Assembly (NCBI RefSeq): GCF_006345805.1
Contig: NC_043017.1
Location: 7,254,001-7,318,000, forward strand
DNA length: 64,000 bases
Direction: 5' to 3'
Origin: Octopus sinensis
Lineage: Eukaryota
Shown here: piece by piece, positions 10,981 through 24,107 of the stretch
How the letters are laid out: each line of letters begins with the position of its first letter
Numbering within the stretch: the stretch's first letter is position 1
Made by a program: the position numbers and the translations under genes
Notes under the pieces: generated by a model
Databases searched by the model: none
Seen by the model: the letters and a program-made list of their open reading frames with translations, nothing else
Told to the model about the DNA's origin: nothing

Positions 10981-11534
10981 TATCGACGTAATCTACTGGC
11001 CGCCTCTTATCAAAATTTCAGCCCTTGTGCCTTTACTAGAAAGAATTATTATTACGAAAAGTTTTTCTTCGGTACTTTTATGCTAGTTGCTGTTGCAGCA
11101 GCTAATACACCTCCGTATCCCTGAGGTATGCGCGGAATTGTATTCTTATTTTTAAGAGGATTGCAGGAATGTAGGCTCTTGTGTGTGTTAGAAAAACTGG
11201 AATTGATTCGACTAGTTTCTAATCTTCTTAGACATTCATCAGAGAAAGAACAACCTATTACTTTCTTCTTTATAAACAAACTTTTCTGGTACAGCTTACA
11301 TTGTGTGCACTGTTTACGTGGTTAATTAAATAATTATGCACTCTCTAGGGGTTTTGGATAATTTCTAATGTTAAGACGTACCTTATTTGAAAATTTAGGC
11401 TAACATTCTGTGTTTATCAAAGTTCGAATTTGTCTCTGCCCTTTTCCCCACACACAAAAAAAAACAAACTGCAAAAAACTCCGAGTAAGGTATGGTTAAT
11501 TAGTGTGTGTGCGCACGCATACATGTCCTCAGCC

Positions 11535-12030
11535 ATTTAGACTACTGTTCCCGACGATGGTCACCACTATAAAATTAAAGGGGGAATTCGAAGTAATCCG
11601 GCGAAACTTCACAAGGAAGATCGTCTCAGTGCGACACATTAGCTACTGGGAGAGACGGAAAAAGTTCATATTCTACTCCCTAGAACGAAAGCGGGAAAGA
11701 TATGTAGTGATATACATTTGGGAAATCCTGGAAGGGTTTGAGTCAAAGTTTGGCATTGAAAGTTACACAAACTGCTGAACGGGGTGCCACTGTATATTGT
11801 CAAAGATCCCAACATTGCCATCAGGATAGAGAACCAGATATTGCAACTGTTTGGGTTTCAAGGGCCCACAGCTCTTCAGTATCTTCCCCCCAAAAGCCTG
11901 AGACACCTACATGGGTTAGATATAGGTGTCTTCAGAACAGAACTGGATTTCCTCCTGTCAAAGAAACACAGATGAGAGCAGCAACATCAAACTCCCTCAA
12001 AATGCCGTATTTTAGAGGAAGTTTCAAATA
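11535..12030 (+). mobile_element. CR1/L2-group LINE, 3' part of ORF2 (decayed)
   Basis: FEVIRRNFTRKIVSVRHISYWERRKKFIFYSLERKRERYVVIYIWEILEG matches the post-RT pattern LERVQRRFTK..LSYWERLK.L.LYSLERRRERY.II..WKIL.G. Confidence 0.8.
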
Positions 12031-12370
12031 GTGAAAGAAAGTATATATTTCTTTACTACCCACAAGGGGCTAAACATAGAGGGGACAAACAAGGACAGAC
12101 AAAGGGATTAAATCGATTACATCGATCCCAGTGCGAATCTGGTACTTTATTTATCGACCCCGAAAGGATGAAAGGTAAAGCTAATGACGGCGCTCCAGCA
12201 TGGCCTCAGCTCTGGAGCTGAAACTACTGAAAGAAAAAAAAAACCCAAAACAACAAAATTTATACATAAATGTGTGTACATGTGTTAATATGTATATATA
12301 TGTGTGCATATGCGATCTGTATATGCATGTGTATGTATAAATAGTTATGCTTATATTTATGTTTTGCTAG

Positions 12371-12411
12371 ATTCCGTCTCTCCCTCTCCGCCTCCGACCT
12401 ATCGTCTTTAA
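12371..12411 (+). CDS. Candidate terminal coding exon (D)SVSPSPPPTYRL*
   Basis: Acceptor gttttgctag; phase 1 is compatible with the 8114-8185 candidate; unique sequence follows, with AATAAA at 12707. No protein recognised. Confidence 0.25.
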
Positions 12412-12823
12412 TATGTTAACCGTTAGGGATCAAAATTACCATATTTCAATCTTCGTTATTGTCACCCACGTTCAGTTTCTCTTTGACGTATTTGACATCT
12501 ATCTTCGTATAACTGTCACAAAAGAGGTGGGGGGGGTGAAGTTTCGTTATTATTTAGTTTTGTTTATTTATATATATTGTGGGAGGTCAAACTGTAAGTT
12601 CAGTGTTTGCGTGACAGCAATTAACTGAATAATTTCGGCTTTGTCATTGCAGTGTATGGAAAAATCCAAAGACACGGTTTTCGTTGACGTGACTGTGTTG
12701 GGTGTAAATAAAATATTCTGTAGATTTCACGTGTGTGTGTGTGTGTGTGTGTATGTATATATATATATGTGTGTGTATGTGTATATATATATATATGATG
12801 AGAAACACGCGTATGCATTCACA

Positions 12824-12874
<51 letters not shown>

Positions 12875-13148
12875 TCACGCTCATACATACATGCAGTCAG
12901 ACATGCGCACACATATATGTATTCACAGTTTCACAAACGCACTCATCGTACACGTACACACGCACTGATCATACACATATACATGCACAATTTCACACAC
13001 TGGTATACACGTACACGTATTCACACACCATTACACACATGCACTGGGTACACACGACATACACTCACACACGCAATAAACAAATTTGCATAATTATTTC
13101 TTCAATTAGGGATAAACAGTAGACTCAAAATAATTAATATTTCGAAAG

Positions 13149-13350
13149 GGCGGCGAGTTGGCAGAATCGTTAGCACGCTGGGCGAAATGCGGAGCCGTAT
13201 TTCGTCTGCCCTTACGTTCTGAGTTCAAATCCCGTCGGGGTCGATAAATTAAGTACCAGTTACGCACTGGGATCGATGTAATCGTCTTAATCCCTTTGTC
13301 TGTCCTTGTTTGTCCTCTCTGTGTTTAGCCCCTTGTGGGTAATAAAGAAA
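13149..13350 (+). mobile_element. Nin-like SINE copy
   Basis: Same head, core and tail as the 10577 copy, with an internal deletion. Confidence 0.85.
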
Positions 13351-13527
13351 CAGTTAATTAATATTTCGACTTTGGAAAATGGAAATTTTGTATATTTTAC
13401 CGGATCAGAAATTACAGTCCCACAGAACTAATTCTATTAGGTTCTTTTCCTCGTCCCCTTTTCTCTTTATCTCTGTTTGTTGGTCTCCTCTTTGAAATAA
13501 CGACCCTCTCTCTTGATGTAGTAATGT

Positions 13528-13755
13528 TTAACCCTTTAGTGTTTGCATTATTCTACCAAAATTAATGCTTTTTCATCCATTTTGTTTTGAACTAATCATG
13601 CATTATCTTGTAGCTATGAGATTTTGATGAGATAGCTGTTATTTTTAAAACGATATTGTAGGGTTGGTGTGAGAGACCAGATCTGGCCAGTTTGAACATA
13701 AAACAGGCAGAATACTTTTGGCCGGATATGGCCAGTTTAAATGCTAAAGAGTTAA
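13528..13755. mobile_element. piggyBac-like MITE
   Basis: Ends TTAA|CCCTTTAG ... CTAAAGAG|TTAA. A related copy lies at 33585-34036. Confidence 0.65.
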
Positions 13756-14158
13756 GGTCATATTTAGAATAGCTCCCTGCAGACTTATACATATTACCGC
13801 CGCCTCTACCCACGTCCTATCCTACTATTGTGTCATCACTATCATAACCATTGACGTCGAGCTTAATAAATCACCTACGCACTTAATGTGGCCGGCGGGA
13901 TAAGTTTAATTAATCAAAGACTAGTTGCATGGAGGAGGAGGACGAGCGGGGAGTTTGACATTGCTGAATTGAACTTAGCGACATATGACGACAAAATAAC
14001 ATTTCTCTTTACATCTCCCTCTCACACACCTCAGACAAACTTTTCTCCACCGAGTTAAAAAAAAAAAAAAAGGACAACAGCGCAATAAGGGAAATAACTA
14101 AATTGGCTCAGTGGCATAAGTATAGATAATCAAATAAAGTGGCATTGAGGGATTTATT

Positions 14159-14370
14159 GTGGCGAGCTGGCAGAAACGTTAGCACGCCGGCAAAATGCTT
14201 TGCCGTATTTCGTCTGCCACTAACGTTCTGAGTTCAAATTTCGTCGAGGTCGATTTTGCCTTTCATCCTTTCAGGGTCAATTGAATAAGTACCAGTTATG
14301 CACTGGGGTCGATATAATTGACTTAATCCCTTTGTCTGTCCTTGTTTGTCCTCTCTGTGTTTAGTAAAGG
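14159..14370 (+). mobile_element. Nin-like SINE copy
   Basis: Matches the family head, core and tail. Confidence 0.85.
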
Positions 14371-14394
14371 AATAGGTATATATTCTGGCATCTA

Positions 14395-15330
14395 GCATTC
14401 TGTGTTCAAATCCATGTATCCAGAGCAGCTGATTTCCACAACGACATATTTTTTCTTGTGATTCCACACAACAATATCTAGCTGGTCTTTTAACTTGGTG
14501 GCTGTTTGAATTTTTAAAGTTCAACCCATATCCTTTTGACCCATTGGTCTCAATACAATCAACTTCGTTAGTATTTTCATTGTACTTATTCTATTCCAGA
14601 CTGTTCTGGCCACTGCATCATACCTCATGGGCAGATAAGACCCAGAAGACATTCTCTCACTGGCTATGATGTAGTTGCTGTCTTCTGTTTTAGTTTTGCA
14701 CAACCTACAATTATTGTTCTTTAGTGGTTTCTGCCTTCTAAACAGCGGCCACTTGGTGGTGACCTCTTGTTCTTCAGTTGCATGGAAGTTGCTTTCAAAG
14801 TGATATGTCATAAACTTGTCAGTCCTTTGTGCCAAGCTTTTGATTTGATTTATTCCCTATAGAGCTTTTGTCTTTTGTGCATTATGTTCTAAGTGAACTT
14901 GTCCATTACTTTTTATTGTTCTGATAAATAGAATTAACCAATGCTTCTTGGGGTGAGATCTACACCGACTCTTACTCTGTGCCTCTTTTCAGGTTTGTCA
15001 CTGATCCTAATGATATTGCTGTTTTCATTCTTGCCAAGTTTGAGCAAGTTTAGTTCCTGGCTTCATTTCCCTTCTGCAGATGTTGCTTAAGCATTACAGT
15101 ATATGCTTCACATGACATCAATGCAGATTTAAGACCACAGACACCATCCTTATGTTGGAGGTATAGCCTCTCTTCATTTCCAGTAACACTAAGCAGCTTT
15201 AGAGTTAGTGTATCTATCTTAGGGAGCTCCTGCAGTAATCAGTTTAAAGCAGTGAGGCTCAAACAAAGTCCATATGTCCCTGTTGGGGTGCCATGCAAGC
15301 AACTTAGTAAATTAGGGATTCACAGTAGTG
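14395..15330 (-). mobile_element. R4/Dong-type (restriction-like endonuclease) non-LTR retrotransposon fragment
   Basis: EERLYLQHKDGVCGL corresponds to the RLYLPRKEGGRGL motif. It is followed by CRLCKTKTEDSNYIIAS..SYLPMRYDAVARTVW, a decayed CCHC knuckle with the RHD motif. Confidence 0.8.
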
Positions 15331-15359
15331 TTTTAAGGGTTTCCCTTTACTCTTTCTCT

Positions 15360-15730
15360 TTAACTTGTTTCAGTCATTTCACTGTGGCCATACTGTAGCA
15401 CCGCCTTTAGTTGAGCAAATTGACCCCAGGACTTATTCTTTGTAAGCCTAGTACTTATTCAATCGGTCTCTTGTGCTGAACCGTTAAGTTACAGGGACTT
15501 AAACACACCAGCATCGGTCATCAAGCGATGTTGGGGAGACAAACACAGAAACAAACGTACACATATACATATATACGATGGGCTTCTTTCAGTTTCCATC
15601 TATCAAATCCACTGACAAGGCTTTGGTCGGCCCGAGGCTATTGTAGAAGACACTTGCCCAAGGTGCCATGCAGTGGTACTGAACCTGGAACCATGTGGTT
15701 CAGAAGCAAGCTACTTACCACACAGCCACT
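15360..15730 (-). mobile_element. tRNA-derived CORE-like SINE
   Basis: Reverse complement of the family seen at 17341. Confidence 0.85.
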
Positions 15731-15789
15731 CCAATGTCTGTGAAAAAAAATTTTGCTTTGGGTGTATTTATTGCAAGAAACAGCTCGGT

Positions 15790-15990
15790 TTTTTTCTTTA
15801 ATGGTTTCCGTAGTTCAACATGTTTCCAGCTACTGAAACATGTTCTGTCAGAGAGATCCGTGGAATATGCTGCCCGATGAGATAGTGAAGATGCCGACGA
15901 CCATTTGTGGTCAAAGTCTCCCTTGACCACAAATGGCCTGAACTCTTTGCATGAACACCACCCTGTACATAACTCCATGTCCTTGCTTTT
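15790..15990 (-). pseudogene. Possible Tc1-like transposase remnant
   Basis: Frameshifted AAYSTDLS + LTEHV resembles PAYSPDLSPIEHVW; upstream GGVHAKSSGHL resembles WG.ISAKG.G.L. Weak. Confidence 0.35.
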
Positions 15991-16304
15991 TGCTTTTTGA
16001 GCCAAAAAATTAACTTAACTTAACTTACACGAGCAAATGGGGGGGTGGGTGACAAAATAAGAAATTTGAAAGTAGTATCTATAGAAGTAGTTTTATCCAT
16101 AGGTAGAAATAGCTGAGAAACGCTGGTTTGGAGGACCAACCGTGGGTGTAAGGATACATAATGCAAAGGGGTTGAGAGCAACATGCTTATTGTAAGCTAG
16201 AGTTCAAACATCCTATTTGTATGCATTTTTGTGTGAATGTGTGTGTTTGTGTTTACTCGACATCATGTGATTGTTATAAATGAATGTCATTCATTTCCCA
16301 TAGT

Positions 16305-16625
16305 GGAGGCACATGGGCTAGTGGTTAGAGCAGCGGACTCACGGTCGAGGGATCGCTGGTTCGAATCTCAGACCGGTCGAGGGATCGCCGGTTCGAATCT
16401 CAGACCAGGTGATGTGTGTGTTTATGAGTGAAACACCTAAGCTCCTCGTGGCTCTAGCAGAATGTAATGGCGAACTTCTGCTGACTCTTTCGCCACAACT
16501 TTCTCTCACTCTCCTCTCCTGTGACGGACCGGTGTCCCATCCAGGTGGGGATCCTATATGCCAAGGAAACCAGGAAACTGGCCCTTATGAGCCAGGCATG
16601 GCTCGAGAAGGAACAGACAACAACA
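16305..16625 (+). mobile_element. tRNA-derived SINE, third family, with a tandem 32-bp duplication of the B-box region
   Basis: Head ggaggcacatgggctagtggttagagcagcggactc; ggtcgagggatcgc.ggttcgaatctcagacc occurs twice; caa tail. Near-identical to the copy at 49993. Confidence 0.85.
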
Positions 16626-17340
16626 ATTCATTTCCAATATTCTGCAAAAACATTTGGCCATGGGGAAATGTTACCTCACTCAGAAACATAAAAGTTGACG
16701 ACAGGAAGGGCACACAACTATAGACAGTCTGCCTCATTAAATTCCATCTGATCCATGCAAGTATAGAAAAGTGAATGTTAAAACAATGATGCTGATTATT
16801 ATTATTATCATTATTATATTTGCCTGTTTTGTTTTATAGGTAGGGTAATTCATCAAAAGGAATTTTTTTCAGGTAACACCTACATAACTTATGAAATGCT
16901 CAAAACTAAATCTTGTAATAGAAGTCTGCTGATGCAGCAACATACCATTCTCAGGTTCTTACTAATATTTCACCAACATTTATTGTAAATAACTTAAAAT
17001 CTGAACAATATAAAAAAAAGCTAAAAATGATTTATTCCTCTCCGTGTTGACCACATAAGTACATCTAAATGCTTAATGTTTGCTCTTCGCTGCTAACGAT
17101 ACTGTGTAATCGAGAAGAGTAACCTAAATTAATGTTTGCTGTCCAAGAAAATGAAATTAGACACCTCAGGTAGTATTGCTTCGTTAGAACACAAGAAATA
17201 AACATTAATTTTAATCATGGGTTTATTAGCTTTCTAAGATAATCTTTCTGTATTGCAACTAACATATATATATATATGTCAAAACAGGAGATTGATATTA
17301 GTTAGTCAACATTACACATGTTTCATTTGCTAATAGGCAC

Positions 17341-17750
17341 AGGAGTGGCTGTGTGGTAAGTAGCTTGCTTACCAACCACATGGTTCCGGGTTCAGTCCCA
17401 CTGTGTGGCACCTTGGGCAAGTGTCTTCTACTATAGCTTCAGGCCGACCAAAGCCTTGTGAGTGAATTTGGTAGATGAAAACTGAAAGAAGCCCGTTGTG
17501 TGTATGTATATATATATGTGTGTGTGTTTGTGTATACGTTTGTGTGTCTGTGTTTGTCTCCCCCCAACATCGCTTGACAACCAATGCTGGTGTGTTTGCA
17601 TCCCTATACTTAGCGATTCGGCAAAAGAGACCGATAGAATAAGTACTAAGCTTACAAAGAATAAGTCCTGGGGTCGATTTGCTCGACTAAAAAGGCAGTG
17701 CTCCGGCATGGCCACGGTCAAATGACTGATAGAAGTAAAAGAGTAATAAG
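17341..17750 (+). mobile_element. tRNA-derived CORE-like SINE (full copy)
   Basis: Head ggagtggctgtgtggtaagtagcttgc..gggttcagtccc, CORE-like ccttgggcaagtgtcttctactatagc, internal (TG)n, and tail aagtaaaagagtaa. Other copies lie at about 18115, 19245, 22490, 24815, 26860, 29365, 45240, 48362, 51130, 53070, 60035 and 63905. Confidence 0.85.
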
Positions 17751-18035
17751 AGTTACAAAACTGTATGTGTGGGATAACGCTCTGAAGAAATCCTACATGT
17801 ATGCTTTTGTATTTCCTATTGGCAAATGAAACATGTGTAATGGTGAATAGATAATACCAAAGAATTCTTCCAGTCTTTTGATTTTATATACAATTACTCT
17901 GCAGATAAATTTCCAGAATTTTCAACTCCTATGTACACCTCACATAAATATGACATTTATATATGGAATTGGAATACTAGAATAAGCAGATATGCTTCAA
18001 GAAGGCACAGCTTGGATTTTTAACCCTACAAACAT

Positions 18036-18102
<67 letters not shown>

Positions 18103-19474
18103 TATATATATATATATTTTGTTTCTGTCATTTGACTGTGGTCATTCTGGAGCACTGCCTTTAGTTGAACAAATGGACCCCAGGACTTATTCTTTGTAAG
18201 CCTAGTACTATTCTATCGGGGTCTTTTGCTGGACTGCTAAGTTACGAAGACGTAAGTTATGGGGTTGTCAAGTGATGGTGGGAGGGCACACACATACACA
18301 CACACACATATACGATGGGCTTCTTTCAGTTTCTGTCTACCAAATCCACTCACAAGTCTTTGGTTGGCTTAAGGCTGTAGCAGAAGAAACTTGCCCAACA
18401 TGCCGTGCAATGGGACTGAACCCAGAACCATGTGGTTAGGAGGCAAGCTTCTTACCACACAGCCTTGATTATGGCAATTTTCTTGATACGTCATGAAGGA
18501 TATACATATGTAATTTTCCACCCAACCAACCAACCAACCAACCATTATTGGACACTGAAGCCAGCAAGGTGAACATTAGTGGGTGTCCTTTATTATGTCC
18601 CACTCCCAACCCCTACTTTGTTTCACCTATGTAGTGATTTGTAGAAGAATTAGCAGCCAGCTGTCCTGGAATGTTCAGTATTTTCTGACTGGCTAAAGGA
18701 AGTCTGGCCTTTTTTTTTTCTTTTTCTTTAAGACCAGACCTCAAGTCTTGGCTATGTCAAGAATGTAAGCTTACACTTGCTGTTGACCCCCAAGGTCATC
18801 TCTTGTGCGGAAAACCCATGATCAAAGGTGTTCCAGCCACAAGCATCTTTTCCGCTTTTGGTGTGAGTGTGGGAGGGAGTGTGTCTAGGACGGGTGAACT
18901 CATGTGCCCTAGTGGTTAGGATGTTACACTCCTGATTGTAAGATTGTGGTTTCAATTCCCACACAGGGCAGTGTGTTATGTGTTCTTGAGCAAAATACTT
19001 CATTTCACATTGCTCCAGTCCACTCACCTATAAACAAAAAATATAGCTGGGAAGTTAACCTTGTAGAAGACTGGCATCCCATTCAGTGAGGATTTTTTTT
19101 TTCTTTTTTGTATGAACTCAGTCTTGGTTATGTGAAAAATACAGGTTTGCACTTGTTGACCCCTAGATCAACACCTGCTTGGAAAACCAATAATCGAAGG
19201 TGTTTGAACCACAAACATCTTACCCTTTTTATCTTATCTTCTGTCTTTTACTTGTTTCAGTCATTAGACTGTGGCCATGCTGGGACACCACCTTGAAGAG
19301 TTTTTATCTCAACGAATCGACCCTGGTACTTATCATTTTTTTGTAAAGCCTGGTACTTATTCTATCAGTCACTTTTGCTGAACTGCTAAGTTACTGGGAC
19401 GTAAACACACCGACATCAGTTGTCAAGCAGTAGTGAGGGATAAACACATACACCAAAGATGCACACACATATGA

Positions 19475-19694
19475 TGAAGAGGTGCTGGAAAGTTCCTGGC
19501 TTTAAGGGGTATTTCAAAAGGCCTGGTTGGAAGCCCAGATTTCTGAGTTCTTTTACAGGGCTTAGAAAAACTGAAGGACTGCTGCAATAAGTGTGTGAAT
19601 CTATGAGGGGAACATGGTGAATAAAACCATAATTAACTGATCCTCCTGTATTTTTTAAACCCCAAAGCCAGGAACTTTTCAGCATATCCTCATA
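19475..19694. mobile_element. Mariner-derived MITE
   Basis: TIRs g(a)ggtgctggaaagttcctggcttt / aaagccaggaacttttcagcatatcctcata. The internal sequence matches the 3' end of the transposase at 1-95. Confidence 0.8.
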
Positions 19695-20452
19695 CATACA
19701 ATGGGCTTCTCCCTACCCCCTCTCCCTCCATCTTTCACTCTCTGTTTCTCACTCACTCACTCACTCCCTCCCTCCTTGCCTCTATTTCTTTTCCCACTTA
19801 AAAGCAGTTGTCCTTCATTTCCAGTCTTCCATGAAAAGCATCTCTGGTCATGGGGAAATATTACCTTACTTGGAAACGAGTGAGGGTTGGTGACAGGAAG
19901 GGCATCCAACTGCAGAAAATTCTGCCTCAACAGATTTTGTTTTGATACATGCAAGCATGGAAACGATGGACATAAAAACGGCGATGATGATGATGATGAT
20001 GATGATATTGAGTTGTTGTAATCCTGTGGCTGACTACTGACCATCCATCCAGCTATCCACCAGTCCATCTTTTTTTTTTGTTTGATTATAATGTCCAGTG
20101 AGAATTGTTGAAATAAATTAAGAGAAATACAGCTGTCAAGTGTGTTATTTAGTTTCATTCACAATGAAATGACTAACAGCGGGGCGGGGGGACTGGGGGG
20201 ATTTTTTATTGTTTCATTCATCACCACCACTACAACCACCAACACTACAACCATCACTGTTTTTGTCCTCTCCCTCCACTCCTCGGGCTCTGCAACCAAT
20301 TGAAATGCATATATAAGGCCTGAAGAAGGAAAGGGGAGAGGGTGTTGTTAAATAAAACCTTTTACTTGCTGGTTTGCACTTAATGTCAGAGATGAATTAT
20401 GGCCAGAGAACACAGGATGGAAGTATCTAGAACTTAAATGATTAAAACACGA

Positions 20453-21115
20453 TTTACTTACTGAAACACTTCGTTTGCTATTGAGTGTTCTAGACCATTG
20501 ACAACTTTTCTCCACTGTTCTCAACTCTTGGCCATCTTTTCTGCTTCTATCCAGTTGGATCCTGCTTTTCCATCTCTGCCTCCAGCTATTTTTAGGGTAT
20601 CCTCTCTCTTGCCTCCCTGGTTGGTTCCAGGTTCCTTGAGAGAAGGCCTTTCTCTCCCGGAGGTCTGTTTGCATTTTTCAAGGCGGAGGTGTTGACCTTA
20701 CACAAACCCATTTGTGTCTCTGGAAAAAGTGGTCCACATTAGTCTGGTCTCAGTCCTTTGACCTGTCCAGCATGGGAGGCCCTTATTTCTTTATTGCCCA
20801 AAAGAGGCTAAACACAGAGGGGACAAACAAGGACAGACAAAGGGATTAAGTCAATTACATCGACCCCAGTGCGTAACTGGCACTTAATTTATCGACCCTG
20901 AAAGGACGAAAGGCAAGTCGACCTTGGCGGAATTTGAGCTCAGAACGTAACGGCAGATGAAATACTGCTAAGCATTTCACCCAGCGTGCTAACGTTTCTG
21001 CCAGCTCGCCACCTCCAGAATGGGAGGCCCTACAAAGTAACTTCTGCTCTTCCAGCAAAGCTCTTGGGGTTAATGAGGCAGTGGGGCATACAAAGTGCCA
21101 CACAGCAACAAGAGC
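20453..21115 (-). mobile_element. Internally deleted RTE-type element (5'-like and 3' ends) interrupted by a SINE
   Basis: The 3' part encodes TWNQPGRQERGYPKNSWR..RKDGQELRTVEKSCQWS (RTE C-terminus) with a tcagtaagtaa tail. The 5' part resembles an RTE 5' UTR from memory. Confidence 0.55.
20784..21014 (-). mobile_element. Nin-like SINE with target-site duplication
   Basis: Flanked by atgggaggccct at 20772-20783 and 21020-21031. Confidence 0.9.
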
Positions 21116-21561
21116 TGGTTCTTGGAGTGGAAAACACAGCTTGATTCTTATTTATTTTGATGTCCAGATTTTTATTTAATTTTTTTTCTTTTAACTTTAA
21201 GATGGTGAACTGGCAGAATTGTTAGCATGATGGGCAAAATGCTTAGTGGCATTTTATCTGTCTTTATGTTCTGAGTGCAAACTCTGTTGAGGTCAACTTT
21301 GTCTTTCATCTTTTCGGAGTCGTTAAAGTAAGTACCAGTTGAACACTGGGAGTGATGCAATCAATTTATTATCACTCCTAAAATTACTGGCTTTGTGCCA
21401 AAATTTGAGACCATTATCTATTAATCGATAGACAAGCAGTCCTAGAAAATGAGTTCTGGGGCCGATTTGTTTGACTAAAACCCTTCAAGGCTGTGCTCCA
21501 GCATGGCCGAAGTCAAACAACTAAAACAAGTAAAAGAATAAAAGAAAACACATACACACAC

Positions 21562-21700
21562 TTGTTACAAGTTGAAATATGTTTGAGGCATACTCAGGCC
21601 TGTGAGAAAGTCATTCATTTTATTTTGTCAGGAGAGAAAATACAGTAACGGCTTTCTTTCAGGTTTGAATAAGCCTCAAGCATATTTCAACTGGTAACAA
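21562..21700. repeat. Long imperfect inverted repeat (MITE-like foldback)
   Basis: 41-nt arms at 21562-21602 and 21660-21700 are 35/41 identical as reverse complements; gagaaagtc/ggctttctt extends the stem inward. Confidence 0.85.
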
Positions 21701-22177
21701 ATTTATATTTATACCCATTACTGCTTTGTGCTTCAATTTCACATACATATATTTATATATGTATTGTATACGTATTTATATTCATTTATGTATACATGCA
21801 TACACACGCGCACACAAATACACCCACAGATATTTCATGGAATTCATTACCATTATCTTTCGACGTCGGTTAGTTTCTGTGACATTGTTTACCTCCGGCT
21901 CATTATCGTTACAAGTTAATGTATTCTAGATAGGCTGGTTTTTATCTTGGAGGAAATTTCATTAATATCCACGATAATGTTGTAGTTGTTGATGTTGCTT
22001 CATGAATTAAGTATAAAAAGACAAAGAACATAAAATTGAAAATTTAAGGTGAAGCATATTATCGCCTCCCATGTTGTGTAAGAATGCTGTTGACAGTGAC
22101 TTCAAAGTTTCAGCCAGCTGAGTCATTGTCAGAGGAATGGAAAATAGTTTTTTATTATAACATAAAAGCAAACATTG

Positions 22178-22233
<56 letters not shown>

Positions 22234-24107
22234 CAATGAATAGCTTTGCAGAAACCATGGTACGCTTTGTTTTCTGATTTTATAATCATCTCAAAATAAT
22301 GACTTTTATGACTACGTCAGTCAATCTAAATGTCTATATTTGTCGTTACCTGTCATAAAAAGCCTTTTTTGATTTACAATGTGCATTTTCATTGATTTTT
22401 CATATTTTACCCTTACATTTCCACGTGTATTTTATATTTTCTTTTTGTAACATATTTCTACTATATATATATATACACACATATATACAATGGGCTTCTT
22501 TCAGTTTCTGTCTACCAAATCCACTTATAAGGCTTTGGTCAGCCTGAGGCTATAGTAGAAGACACTTGCCCAAGATGCCACGCAGTGGGATTGAACCCAT
22601 GACCATGTGGTTGTAAGCAAGCTACTTACCACACAGTCACTCCTGCGCCTGTTTATATTCTCAATGCAAACAGACGTGATTCTAGTGTTTCATTGTTTTA
22701 GATGTTATTTCCCTTTTAGCGCCAGCTTAGTTATAACTAAGTAGATCCTGATGACCAAAGGTATGAGGCATTCTGGCCATAGTAGCTCCCTTGTCTTTCT
22801 CTCCCAGGCTTTGTGTATCCAAAGACTTTGATGGCTGGCAAAGATGTAACATGATGAAGGATTTTAGCTAATGTGATGGACTGGGGAAAAAAAACCGAAA
22901 AGAAATCTTTCTGCAGTAATAAAATACTTAATCTATAAACATTTAGCTAAAACTAAAATACAGTATACATGTAACAGGCTAAAAATAGCTGTCTTCAGTG
23001 AAAATTGCAGGGTGTAATATGAGGGATATTTAGGGCTCTTTCTAATATGTCAGGCAACCACATAATAGTCCTCTTGATAATTCCTTGTTTTAAATTTTAT
23101 TTCCAAGAAGTCTCATTCAAGTCATGATTTTATTTTCTTTGTTTTTTTTTCCTTTGTTACTATTTTAATTAAAAATTTAAAGAAAGGAAAGATATCTGCC
23201 AAAGAATTATTAAATAGTCATCACATATTTATTGTTTTTTTTTATATATATTTATTTTATATCATAATTATTGATGGCCTTTTATGACAGATTTCTAATG
23301 GGACTGATTATTGCTTCATTGCATTTCTGACAACTTAGTGAGCAAAGGGAGTGCCTGTAACTTATTGCAGAATAAATATTGCAAAGCTGACTTTCATTAA
23401 AAGAACAAAAAAAAAAAAAAATCATGAGTTTTCAGTTCTTTTGAGACAATGCTTCCATTCTTCTTTCATACATTTTGCAAAAGATACATTCATACATGTA
23501 TGCATATGCGCACACACACACGCACACACACACGCACACACACACACACACACATTGGGACGGTCCTGCTGTTACATGCAACATGTTTGCGATCTATCGG
23601 CTGTGATTTAGGTTTGTGATTGTCTTTACATTGCTTGCAATGATTTACTGGGTGTTCATAAATCATTTTTACAACTTCCACAATTTATCAACTTCATGAC
23701 AAAATCATCAGAGGCTATAATTTCTATAAAAAATCTGAAGAGATAACATTACCATGTGATGTAATAGCACTGCTAACACAGTAGGACATAGTGTTAACTT
23801 ATAAAAATGTTTAATATATTTTGTTGTATATTATGGTTGCATAACGAAATAGCTTGTTCCTCCAAGTCACTAATATAACTTTATTTGTTTCCTTATATAT
23901 TATCTTTATATTTCATTTTTTCCAGAATTTTTTAAATTGCAAAGCTATTAATTTATGGACACCTTTTATTATCTAATACTAGAGTGATGCTCTTTTCATT
24001 CTAGTTGTCATTAAGGTATAGATTTAACATGCGATAATTTTTATCTGTTTATTCCTCTTGTTTAATTTCGTTTATTAAGCACTGGTTTAATATCTGTTTA
24101 GCCTAGG

